Shown here one piece after another: positions 35,701-46,963 of a stretch of 60,257 nt of DNA. The DNA comes from Gracilinanus agilis (Eukaryota). Numbering within the stretch: the first letter of the stretch is position 1; each line of letters starts with the position of its first letter. The stretch covers positions 780,366,911 to 780,427,167 of the forward strand of contig NC_058130.1 in NCBI RefSeq assembly GCF_016433145.1, written 5' to 3'. The notes under the pieces are model-generated. The model was given only the letters and a program-made list of their open reading frames with translations. It made no database searches and was not told where the DNA came from. The position numbers were made by a program, and so were the translations under genes.

Positions 35701-38700
35701 CACGGGGACTGCTCAGGGCCTGGCATGCCCGCTCTAGCAGGGCTTCACCCAGGGTTGTGGGCAGAGGAGCAGGGAAGTAGAGGTGCAGAAGGTTGGCAGC
35801 TGGCTCCCGGATCTGGGGAAGAAGCGGGGGTCAGAAGCTCGAGGGGCCTGGGTCAGGCTCTGCTGGATCTGGGGATAAGTTGCTCCCCTCCCCAGCTCCT
35901 AAGGCTTCCTCCCTGCACTCAAAATCACTACAACACCCTTCGAACTTGTCTCGCTCCTGATTCTAGATTTGCCTGGTTTCTTGGGCATCTTTTAAACCCT
36001 TTCTTCCCATCTCAGAATTAATACTGTAGGAATAAGCAATGGGGATAAAGTGACTTGCCCAGGGTCACACAGCTGGGAAGTGTCTGATGCCAGATTTGAA
36101 CCCAGGACCTCCCGTCTCTAGGCCTGGCTCTATCCTGGCTCATCTAGCTGCCTCTAGACCTCTTGAGATGTGCCTCACAGACATCTCAGACTCAACATGT
36201 CAAAAATGGCCTCTCTAAACCCTGGGTTTTCTGAACCTTCAGGGGCCTCGCTTCTCTCCCCCCTTCCCCCAGGCTCCCAGACCACCCCCCACCCAGGTCG
36301 AGGCTGGCGCCAAGTGAGTGTGATTGGTTGGACCTTCACAACATCTCTGGGATCTGTCTCCTCCCTTGGACCACTGAAATGGCTGCTGCGGTGGGGGCAT
36401 CTTTCTCCTGAAGTTTCAGCTAAGGCCCCATCCTCCACAGGGAGCCCCCTTCACCTTCGTGCCCCCCCTCTTTATCCATCATACTTTGCCTGCCACCTCC
36501 CCCTTAGCCTGGGAGCTCCTGGCGGGCAGGGCCTGCCTTCTGCCTTTCTTCGGCCCCCCGTGCTCAGCACGGGCCTGGCACATGGTAGGTGCCTAACCAG
36601 GGGCTACTATCTTGTTGCCTCCTAAGATCATGTTGTTGGAACAGGAGGAACCGTAAAGGCTACCAAGTCCAATCACTTCAGTTTGGCAAGGAGGAATCTG
36701 AGAGGCAGGAGATGGCACAGGCTGCCCGGCTGGCCCAGACCCCACAAGAAAGGACAGGAACAGAGCCAGGGATACAAGATGGCATGGAGTGATTCCTCCA
36801 TCGAGGTCATGGTGGTCCTGGCTGGCGGAGGACCTCTGAGAAGTAGCAGATGCTCCGTCCTTCTTTCCTCCTGCGCCCCTCCACTCCATTTCCCCCTCCC
36901 AAAGAGGAGGGTGTTGGCCTGCCTGGCTCTGAGATCCCTCCAGGACTAGGTGCCACGGCTCTCTCCTGCCTCCCAGCCCACCCTGACCTCTCGTCTCACC
37001 CCCCAGCTCAGAGACAGGCCCTGGAGGAGCAACCCTTCATCTCCAGGATCTTCGGCCCCAGGGAACCATCATCTGGGGCTCCAGAGGCAGGAGGGCGCTC
37101 CCTTGGAAGCCCCTGCACTCCTATCATGGGCTCTCCCACCTTGTGGGGGTCTTCTGGCCAGAGGGCAGGGCCCCATCTCGTCCCCCCGCCCCGGCTTTCC
37201 CAGGACAGCGCGCCCAGTGCCCTCCCCATCCTAGGACGGCGGCCGCCCCAGGCTAGGCGCCTCACCTCACTTGTGCTGTCCTGAAGGCAACTAAGCAAAG
37301 CCAGTAAGGTGGCCCTTGAGGTGAAGTCCCAGCGGCCGCTCTGCCTGGCCCAGCTCAGCAAGGCCGCCATGTTGGCTGGAAGGCAACGGAGGGGAGGGGG
37401 ATCAGCGGGACAGGAGGCCGGCCCAGGAAGGAGCAGGAGGGTCGGGAGAAGTAAGCGGGGGTGAGGATCGGGGTGGGCTCTGCGCAGGATTGGGGCTGGC
37501 TGGGGACGAGGCCGAGTGAGGACTCACGGGGAGGCTGCCCCTTCTTCCGCTCCGGCCTCCAGCTGTCCGTGCACGTCCCCAGCAGGGCCGTGAGCAAGAG
37601 CAGGGCAGTCCTTCGGCGCTGGAAGCTGGAGGCTGGGCTCAGCTGGGAGACGCTGAGCTGGAGAAGCCACTCCACGAAGTCTGCAGAGGGCGAGAGGAGG
37701 CTTGGGAGAGCCCAGACGGAGGCTGCCACCCCAGGGCCCGGTCCCAGGTGCCCACCCCTCGGCCCGCAGCTCACCTGGGAGTCACGGTTCAGAGCCTCTA
37801 TGGGCCAGAGCCCTCCTCGGGGGTCCAGGCCCCGAGGCTCCCAGAGCCCACCGGGCCACCCGCTGCCCTCCATCCCTGCCTGCCCTCCCCCTCAGCAGGA
37901 CGGGGGGCTCACCTCCGGCGAGCACGAGAGGCTGCGGGGGCAGGCCTGATCCAGAAGCCCCCTGGCTGCGAAGCGCGGCCAGGGCGCTGTCCCGGAGTCT
38001 GCCCAGGAGCCTGCTCACGGTGGCCTGCAGCAGCTGCCGGAAGGAAGCTGAGGAGTGGCTGAGGTTCAGCCACAGGAAGTCCTGGAAGAGGGCCAGCTCC
38101 TTCGGGCCAGGGGCCTGGGCAGAGCCGGGCCCCCCACACAAGAGGCTGGCCGCCATCAGGCGCACGGCCTCATCCCCACACGCCAGGCACACGGACAGGC
38201 GGGCCGGGCTCTGGGTCACGGCCGAGGGGCCCTGGCCCAGCTCCCTCCGAGACCTCTGCAGGGACGCCCAGCCCCGCAGGCAGCCCAGCCCCGAGCCCGA
38301 GAAGGCCTCCTCCAGGAGCCCCGCCGTGGCTGGGAAGAGCTGCAGGGTGTGAGGGAGCAGGGAGTTGGCCGCCCGACCCTGCAGGCTGGGCACCGCAGAC
38401 TGGAGGGCCTCGGCCAAGGCCGGCAGCCAGTGCCGGGCCCACCGCTTGGCCAGGACCTCCTCGCTGGCTACTGCCTCCACCATGGCCCACTCCCATCGCT
38501 GGGCCTGGAGGAAGGAGCGGTAGGTGTCCGCCGCTGGGGGGCTCAGGGGGTTGGTGGACAGGCAGAGCAACAGGTGCTGTGGGAGCTCCGGGAGCATATC
38601 CAGGACCTGAAGAAGAAGGGGCAGTGCCCACGCTGGCCACAGCTCCCTGCTGGGGGCCCGCAAGGAGGAACGGGGCACTGCCCGTGGCAGAATCGAGGCT

Positions 38701-41700
38701 GGCTACAGGATGTGCGAGCTGGGGGCTGGCAAAGCTGCCCCTCACAATCGCCCTGGATCAGTCACCTGTGCCCCAAAGCCACTCCACCAGAACCAGTCTA
38801 AGCCCTCCTAGGAAGGCTGCTCTGGGCCCCATCACCCCTGGCCGTGGTGCTGAAACGGTGACCGCCCAAGCTAGGTCATTTGAGGGCTCCCCTGCCCTGG
38901 CCCTCCACTGCTCTGGGAGAGGCTGCTGAGGCCAGGCTCCCTGCAGGCAGCCTCCCCGGGCTGGCCCAAAGGAGGGAACACGCACCTTGTCAGAGCCCAG
39001 GAAGGGCAGCAGAGCACAGAGGGCTGGGTAGCGGGCCTTAGTCGACCAGGGCAAAGCCTTGATCTTCTCTAGGAACTCATCATAGAGGGGCCGCTCTGTA
39101 TCCCCAAGGAATTCACATTCTTCCCGATAAAGCACCAAGAAGAGGCTGAAGCAGCGCAGGGTGGCCTCAGACAGGCCTTCCAGCTGTGAAGGGATGGGCT
39201 CCATGTGCCAGGGAAATGGCCATCTACATTCTTCCCTTCCCCATGTGCCAGAAAGATGGCCACCTACTTCCTCATCTTCCCCTTGGACACTGAGGACCAC
39301 CTATTATTCCCTTACCTCCCCTTGGGCACCAGAGTTGGGCATCTACTCCCTCATCCTCCCCTTGGGCACCAGAGATGGGCATCTACTCCCTCATCCTCCC
39401 TTTGGGGCTTTGTCTGGCTCCCAGTCCAGGCTTTGCCATTTCTCCAATCCCTAGTCCAGAGACTCAAGCATGGCATCCATCCTCCAGTTGGGGATACCTT
39501 TTGTTGCCTTGTGACTTTGGGCCTCCCCAGAGCTGCCTTCCTTCTCACGCTTTATCTCCTGATCCCACGAGGGTCTTTGGAGACCCCTCTCATCACCTTC
39601 CCCCGGTCTCATTTTACAGACACAGGGATTGACCCCAGATGGAGGAGTGACCACCATAATCTTAGAGGGCTAACATCTGAACCCAGGTCCTGGGGGCCCA
39701 CCCCAAGATATCAGGTCTTGGCAGCACGCCAAGGAGTGTCTACAAAGATCTTCGGCCCCATCTTCCCGGAGCCACCTCCTGGGTGGCCCAAGGTCCGTCG
39801 GCCTTCTCCAGACAAAGGGCTCAGTCGCTGTTCACAGACGTAAGGAGGATACTGCCCGGCCCGGCCCTCTGAGCCCAGGAAGCCGAAGGTGGCAAGGTGA
39901 GAGCTCCCTACCGGGCTCTCTGTGTTGCTCCAGATGAAGTAGGTCAGCATCTGGATCCTCAGTGAATCGCTGCTCAGCAGTCGGCCAATCCAGATGCTCG
40001 GGGCACTTTCTTGTACCCGCTGCAGCCACAGGGAGAAAACTGGGAAGGGGACAGCAAAAGCCAGGCTTTCCTCTCCAGTCCAGTCACCTTGGCCCTCCTG
40101 CCCACCTCTGGTGCCCCCCGCAGGCCCTTCCAGGCTCGGAGCCTGTGCTCTCGTGCGGGTGCCCCTCTCCTGCATGAGGGCCTCAGCCACCAAGGCCAGG
40201 ACAGAGCAGTTCCAGAAGGCCTCCGCCCACGCCTGGCACCCCGACCCCAGCCTGAGCCCGGACATGCTCCGCCAGCAGCAGGCTCTGGCCATAAGCTGCG
40301 TGTTCCCACAGGCCCGGGAGTCCTCACCCTGGAGGAGGAAGGCACGATGGTCCACGTTCTTCCCGTTCCAGTCGGAGTCGATGCAGGGCATCAGGTTACT
40401 GAGCAGTGGGCAGGCCTGGGAGGGTAGAGAGCAGAGCCCGGGGGGCTCAGGGCCCAGGACGCCAGAGGGAAGGCCGGCCCCTCGCCACCGCCGCCTCCTC
40501 TAGGCTCCCCAAGCTCGGGTTCAGGCTTACCATCCAACCAGGAGCCTTGAAGGTCAGGATGTCCCTCCTGCAGGCAGTGAGAAGGCCTCTGCTCAGCACC
40601 AGGTCCTCCAGCCCGTCGGGGTTCATGGGGGGCAGCGTCACCTGGAGCCACCCCAGCGTCTCCTCCCCGCCATCTAAGGACAAGGCGCCTGCTCAGAGGA
40701 GGACTTCTCCTCCCCATGCCCGCTGCTCCTCGGGCCGGAGGCCAAGCCCGCCCCTGACCGGACCGCGGCGCCCGCCCGTCTCCACATGGAGGCTGAGGAG
40801 CCCCGTCCGGCCTCACCTGGGTAGAGCATGTCCAGCAGCTCAAAGAGAGCCCGGGCCCCGACCTCCGGGGTGGGGGCGGTGTTCACCAGCATGCCCAGGG
40901 CTGTGCCAGCCAGAAGGCGGGCATCCTTGTGGGCCACCTGGGAAAGGGACAAGAGTGGAAGCGGGGGGCCCTCCCGTGAAGGCGGTCAGCGGGCGCCACC
41001 CCCCGTGGCCTCCCCGGCTCTCCTCACCTCTCCCATGATCACTTGCACCAGGGACTGAAGGATGCTTGCCAGGGACTCCACGTCCTCGGCTGGGTTCCAC
41101 ACCAAGATCCCCACTTCCTCCGCCATGATCTGGAAGAGCTGCAGGGCCAGCTGTGGGCAGAGAGCATGCCGGCCCCGTCTGAGCAGCCCAGACCGTACCC
41201 CACCTCCTGGAGACCCCCGGGAACTCCCGACAGCCCTTCTGGAGGCCCAGGACCCCAGAAAGCAGGATTCTGGGGGTGTGGAGAGCAGACCCCCCCGGGG
41301 GGCTGGCCCAGAGCACCCCAAGGCCTGCGGGTGCTCGACCAGGACTTCTCGGGCACAGCCCCTGAGCTGAGCCTTTTGGGGGGAGAGGGGAGGAGAGGGG
41401 GAACAAGGGGGCAGGGAGGGCGCCCACCTTCACTGCGAGGTAGGCCTGCTCCGCCGGCCCCGTCACAGGCTCCTCTAGCACAGAGGCCAGCGTGGAGGCG
41501 GCACAGTCCAGCAGGATGTCCAGGGAGCGTCTCCAGTGTTCTCTGGCCAGGCTGCTCTCCTCCAGGAACAGACACACTGGGCAAGGGGGGCCCACGACAT
41601 CAGCACGGCCCGAGGAGGGTCCCCAGAGCCGCCGGGGCTGCCTCCCTCCAGGGCTCCCGGGCCAGGGCACAAGGGGTGGCTGCAGGGCCAACTTCCCCAG

Positions 41701-44700
41701 GGCCGGATTCCAACCTCTGGGACAGCCAAGAAGGGACAGGAACCCCAGGCTGGGAAGCCCCCCACCTGCCATCCCTTCCCTGGACAATGGAGCCTCGGCT
41801 CCCCCCTCGGGAAACCACAGGAGACTGTGGGCGGCCGCGGGACTGACCTGTGCGGAGCTCTCCGAGGGCCAGCGCCTAGAAGGGAAGGGCAGCGTCAGTA
41901 CCCGCAGGGCGGTCACCCCCAATCCCAGCCCCATCGGGGAGCCCTGCGGCCTCCTCACCTGCCGCTCCTGGGTCAAGCTGCCCAGTAGCCTGGCCACTTC
42001 CTCACACGCCATGGTCTCTCTCCCTGCGGTCAGCGTGTCCAAGATCTGTGAGGAGGAGGAATGGGGGCAGTCAGGCTGTGGCCTTCCTGGCCTGGTCTCG
42101 AGGGCCCCCACCCCCATCTCCCTCACTTCTCTTCATGGCCCGTGGGCTCCATCTCCCACCTCCAAGCCTTTGTATGGGCAGTGTCCAGCACCTGGATTCT
42201 CAGAGCCTTGTCTCCTGCGAGGGGCAGGTCACACGGCATCTCCCACTGTGCCTCACAGAGCCTGGCACACACTATCTCCCATGACTTCATTGTGGGAGGT
42301 ATTATTATCCCATTTTACAGATGATGAAACCGAGTCTCACAGAGGTTGAGCTCCAACCCAGCCATGGTCCCACCTAAAATCTAAGTACCCTGAGGACAAG
42401 CCCAGTTTTGCCTTTTGTCTTTTATCCCCCAGCCCAGCAGCTACGTGGTCCAGGGGCCTGAGTTTGAATCCTGCTCTGTGTCCTGGGGCCTGTCCCTCCC
42501 TTCTCCGGGCTTCAGTTTCCTCCTCTATAAAATGGCTGGCTTCAGAGGGCTTCTTCAGAGAGTGGAGTTCCCCAGAGAAGGAGGGCCCAGGATCCCCCCA
42601 GTCCCTCAATCCTTGATGCCCGAGGCCAGGCCAGCCACACCACCCTCACCCCAACAGTCAACCCTGGCCTGGGCTGCCCAGCTCTACCCACCTTCTCCAG
42701 CTTGCGGAAGGCCCCCAGGCTGCCCATGGCCTCCAGCTGACAGGCCAGGAGGCACCTCAGGAAGGACTGGACTTCAGGGACACCCAGCTCATCCCAGGCC
42801 TCGCTCAGAGCAGGTAGAAGACTCCCAACCTCTGCCAGGCTTTGCTCCTGGCACCGCCGGCCAGAGGCTCTGCAGAGATGGGAGAATGGGCTGCTCAGCA
42901 CGATAGCATCACCCTGTGCCCACCCCGTGGGCTAAGAGGGACCCGGAGCCCCTTCTCCCCGGCCCAGCCCAAGCCTAAAATAGAAGGCTTCACGAGGACC
43001 CCAACGCCATCCCCACTCACTCCCCAGACCCTGGCCTCCCCGCCTACCTCACCCTCTGCCCCAATCCTAACGACTCTGGAGCCCCCAAGGCCTTCCTTGC
43101 ACATCCCAGCTGTCTGGGGGAGCTCTAGAGGGGCACCCCCAGGAGCAAAGCCTGACTCTTAGTGGGGGGAGGGGGGACCTCTCTCCCCTGTACGAGGGCT
43201 GGGCAGCCCAGAGGTCACTGCAGGGGGCAGCGAGGAGGAGAGAAAGAGGGAGACACAGAGACACAGACAGAGGGACACAGGAAAACAGAGACAGAGGGAC
43301 ACAGAGCCTCAGAGGGACACAGAGGCACAGAAAGACACAGACAGAAGGAGACAGAGACTCAGAGAGACATAGGGACACAGATTCAGGGAGAGACACAGGG
43401 ACAAAGAGACACAGACAGAGACTCGGAGAGACACAGACAGAGAGAGACAAGAGACTCAGAGAGACACAGGGACATAGAGACAGAGGGACACAGAGACACA
43501 GAGGGACACAGATTCAGGGAGAGACACAGGGACACAGAGACACAGACAGAGACTCAGAGAGACACAGACAGAGGGAGACAAGAGACTCAGAGAGACACAG
43601 GGACATAGAGACAGAGGGACACAGAGACACAGAAGGACACAGATTCAGGGAGAGACACAGGACACAGAGACACAGACAGAGGGAGACAGAGGGACACAGA
43701 GACAAGGGGAGACAGAGACTCAGGGAGAGACAGGGAGAAATATAAGGGCACAGAGACAGGGAAACAAACTCAGGGAGAGACACAGGGACACAGACAAGGG
43801 GAGACAGACTCACTCAGAGAGACACAGAGGGAGACAGAGACTCAGAGAGACATAGGGACACAGGAAAACAGAGACAGAGGGACACAGAGCCTCAGAGACA
43901 CAGAGGCACAGAGAGACACAGACAGAAGGAGACAGAGACTCAGAGACAGAGGGACACAGATTCAGGGAGAGACANGAGACTCAGAGAGACACAGGGACAC
44001 AGAGACAAGGGGAGACAGAGATTCAGGGAGAGGCAAGGGGAGACAGAGACTCAGAGAGCCACCGAGACACAGACGGAGGGAGATAAGAGACTCAGGGAGA
44101 GCCCCAGGGAAGAACACAGGGGCACAGAGACACAGAAGGACACAAAGAGCCTCAGAAAGACACAAAGACTCCGAAAGATACAGACTCAGGGAGAGAGCCA
44201 GGGACACAGAGACACAAAGATTCGAAAAGACGCCCACTCAAGGAGAGGCAGGGACCACAGGGGAGGTAGAGACTTGGAGAGCGGCAGGGCGAGAGACTCG
44301 GGGAGATTCAGGGCCCCAAAAGCCCGGGGAGCTCGAGGCGAGGGCGGGGGGCGGTGGCCAAGGGAGGGGCAGACCAAGCCTCAGCACACAGCAGGCGCTT
44401 GGCCCACCGCAGGGTGCCGCAGGGACCCTGAAAAGGACAGAGAATGACAAAGACAGAGACGCAGAGAAAGACAGAGGGAGGCAGACTGCGCGCCTCCCTC
44501 CTTCACTCTCATTGAACCCCAAAGCTGGACACGACCAGAGAAGCCAGAAACCCCGCTTCTCCCCCTTTCCCCAGAGATGGGAGGGGGGTGGGGGGATCCA
44601 GGGGTGGGGATGGGGAAATGAGCTGGGGCCTAGTCTAGGGGCGGAGCCTCACCACCCAAGGGGCGGGACCAGACTTTGGCCCCGCCCACTCGTTGGAAAT

Positions 44701-44955
44701 CTATTCTCTCCGGGGATGGGACCTAGCTCAGAGGTTGGGGCGATGCCTTAAGGGGCGTGGCCTGGCTTGCCTAGGGGGCGGGGCTTGGCTGAAGGACTAG
44801 GCGCTAAACTGTTCGGGGCGGGGTCTCGCGGCTCGAGGGCGGGGCCTGGCTCACCCGGCGAATCCTTGGAGCATGCGTAGCAGCTCAAGCAGAATCGGTG
44901 GTGTGTTGGGGCCACAGCTGGCCAAGCAAGCACGGGCTTGGTGCTCGGCGCCCAT
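23747..44955 (-). CDS. THADA-like / Trm732-family ARM-repeat protein with DUF2428 region (divergent THADA paralogue), 31 coding exons, 1897 aa
   Basis: Hand-assembled exons (minus strand): 44955-44855, 42869-42692, 42045-41959, 41875-41848, 41576-41428, 41150-41028, 40937-40817, 40673-40531, 40415-40328, 40039-39912, 39183-38986, 38606-37913, 37680-37528, 37375-37266, 35812-35652, 35436-35267, 34512-34333, 34187-34027, 33460-33311, 33134-33030, 32912-32712, 32214-32064, 31901-31670, 31300-31079, 30540-30285, 29914-29711, 29493-29264, 27926-27750, 25611-25345, 24990-24785, 24066-23747. They sum to 5694 nt (1897 aa + TAG). All introns are GT-AG with matching phases, and the start is a perfect Kozak GCCGCCATGG. 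THADA-type motifs include LPWSTKARYPALCALLPFLG, ILTCCWISAKEIGLLLG, LRCRHWGALEG, SVTRRAAGFP, WAMRNAGTQLF, NVLHGRLL, RCPLIRSAYL, LLQDEDKAVR and LYEEDGDNFFAEP. Confidence 0.9.
26921..27112. mobile_element. hAT MITE, 192 bp, in THADA-like intron 28
   Basis: TIRs are CAACGGTCGGCAAC and GTTGCCGACCCCTG. The 8-bp TSD is TCATAGAG / TCACAGAG (one mismatch). Confidence 0.85.
39215..39405. repeat. 40-bp minisatellite (2 near-identical and ~3 diverged copies) in THADA-like intron 10
   Basis: CCTCCCCTTGGGCACCAGAG(T/A)TGGGCATCTACTCCCTCAT repeated at ~39315 and ~39355, with degenerate copies upstream. Confidence 0.8.
43240..44230. repeat. Complex GAGACACAG-type minisatellite in THADA-like intron 1
   Basis: Mosaic of 'gagacacag', 'agggacacag' and 'gactcagaga' units. 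Confidence 0.9.
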
Positions 44956-45200
44956 GGCGGCGAGAGCGGCGGCCCTGGGTTCTCGGGAGGTCTGCGGCGG
45001 GTCCGTGGCTCGCGACTGGCGAGCCTCCGGCGTGCACTCCCAGCTACGCTGCGGCTTCCGGAGCCATCGAGACCTGCCTGCCCCGCCAGCGCCTATTTGT
45101 GTGCGAGAGCCAAGAGCGCCCCCTGCGGGATCGGAGGGCTCAGTGCCTCCGCCGGGAGCTGACAGGCCTGAGAGAGAAGGGAGGAGGGATGCCAGGGACC
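44630..45200 (-). promoter_or_regulatory. CpG-island promoter of the THADA-like gene
   Basis: CpG-dense around exon 1. An ETS-type CCGGAAG lies on the minus strand at 45055-45061, and several GGGCGG GC boxes lie at about 44640-44845 just inside intron 1. Confidence 0.7.
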
Positions 45201-46064
45201 CAGAGAAAGACTAGTGAGGGCTGGACCAGTGAAGACCAAGATGAGGCTCAGCCTGGGGCCAAGACAAGGACTCCAGAAAAAGCCCAGGAAAAGCCCAGGC
45301 GGCCGGAGCGGATGAGGCCAGCGCCTAAGAGGGCTGGGAAAGAGACAGAGACGTTGACAAGACCAGAAGAGACTGCCTAGGAGCAGCGATTCTGGGGAAA
45401 CCTCCCATCTCTCCTCTGGGCCTCCGTTATTTCCAGGCTCTCCTGTGCCAGCATTGTTGCTAATTGTCTCCCTCGTTAGACCAGAGTCCCACGGGGGAGG
45501 CACAGCTTCATCTTTCTCTGTGTGCCCTGCACTTCTCATGTTGCCTAGCACACAGCAGGCACTTAATAAAGGGGGTGCCTGACAGGAACAGAGAGCCTCT
45601 GAAAGAGAAGAACCTCTAAACGGAATAGTTCTTAAAAAGTCAAATATAGACACTTCCTAGCTGTGTGACCCTGGGCAAGTCACTTAATCTCCATAGCTGT
45701 TCTGCCTTGGAACCAAAACATAGTATTGATTCTAAAACAGAAGGTAAGGGCTTTAAAAAACTCAAGTAGGAGGAATTCGGCTGGGTAGCTCAATGAATTA
45801 AGAGCCAGGCCCAGAGATGGGAGGGTCTGGGTTTAAATCTGGCCTCAGACACTTCCTAATTTTGTGGCCCAGCCTTAGTACCTTTCTGCCTTGGAACCAA
45901 TACACAGTATTGACTATTAGAGGGAAGAGAAAGGCCAAAAAAAAAAAAAAAAAAAAGTCAAGTAACACAAGCATCCTACAGATCCCCTAAGACCATACCA
46001 ACAGCAGCAATTTTATGAAGCTCTGGCACTTAGAAATTAAAAGGTCTTTAGGGACCCTCTAGTT

Positions 46065-46380
46065 GAGTGATGGCAAACCTATGACATGCGTATCACGGCG
46101 TAGCCATTTTCGATGACAAGCGGCTGCATACAGAGGATGAAACATTTGCTGTAGTGTTGTGTAGACACTGTGCACTGTAGATGACAATTCTACCTATATT
46201 AATTTACCTATTTGGGTTTATTAAATACAGTTATATATTACAATGATACATTTTTGTCATTTAAACTATAAATATCACAGGATTATGTTTTTTTTTTCTC
46301 AAAGTGACACCCCCCCCCCCGAGTGATGCTGTTTTTTGGCGAATTTTCACACATCAAGCTCAAAAGGTTGCCCATCACTG
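46065..46380. mobile_element. Non-autonomous hAT (Charlie-type) DNA transposon, 316 bp, nested in a MIR
   Basis: TIRs are GAGTGATGGCAAACCT and AGGTTGCCCATCACTG, with a perfect 8-bp TSD CTCTAGTT at 46057-46064 and 46381-46388. The flanks rejoin into a continuous MIR. Confidence 0.9.
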
Positions 46381-46773
46381 CTCTAGTTCAACCCCTCATT
46401 TTACTGAGTAGAAAACTGAGGCTCAGAAAGGAAAAGCTAAATTCAACAGGTCTTTCAACTGGATTGAAAGTCTTGGAGAGCTGGCACTGCTGGCACCTAG
46501 TATTTGATTCAAAAACCATTAAGCATGGGCAATAGAACAAAGACTATTCAGGGTGCCACAGATGCAAGATTAAAAAGTAACTGTCCTTTGCCCTCAGGAA
46601 GCTTACATTCTACTGGGGTGGGGATACCCCACATACATAAATGAGTAAATTTCATACAAAGTAATACTTGTCAATTTAAGTGGCTCTCCCCCCCTTACTA
46701 CATGAAAGAGGTACTTTATTCTCCCTGTCTGACTGTTCTTTCTTATTCTCCTTTGCTAGATCTTCATCCAGAA

Positions 46774-46963
46774 CAGTGATTCCCAAAGTGGGTGCCACCA
46801 CCCCCTGGTGGGTGCTGCAGCGATCCAGGGAGGCAGTGATGGCCACAGGGGCATTTATCTTTCCTATTAATTACTATTAAATTTTTTTAAAAAATTAATT
46901 TCCAGGGGGCACTAAGTAATATTTTTTTCTGGAAAGGGGGCGGCAGGCCAAAAAAGTTTGGGA
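46774..46963. mobile_element. hAT MITE with damaged right end
   Basis: The left end is CAGTGATTCCCAAA; the right end retains only TTTGGGA. The AT-rich core is typical of short hAT derivatives. Confidence 0.7.

Noticed and set aside
36600-37080. Possible additional THADA-like exon in intron 14
   Set aside because: No frame-compatible exon with homology was found. Exon 14 (QDSTSE) joins cleanly to 35812 (IREPAANLL).
40140-40295. Extra THADA-like exon (LMARACCWRSM...) inside ORF 39711-40391
   Set aside because: It would need a 32-nt intron. Direct splicing 40328>40039 gives a phase-correct HRAFLLQ-V-FSLWLQRV.
45044-45067. 7-codon uORF (MAPEAAA*) upstream of the THADA-like ATG
   Set aside because: The TSS is unknown, and the element overlaps an ETS motif likely at or upstream of the start site.
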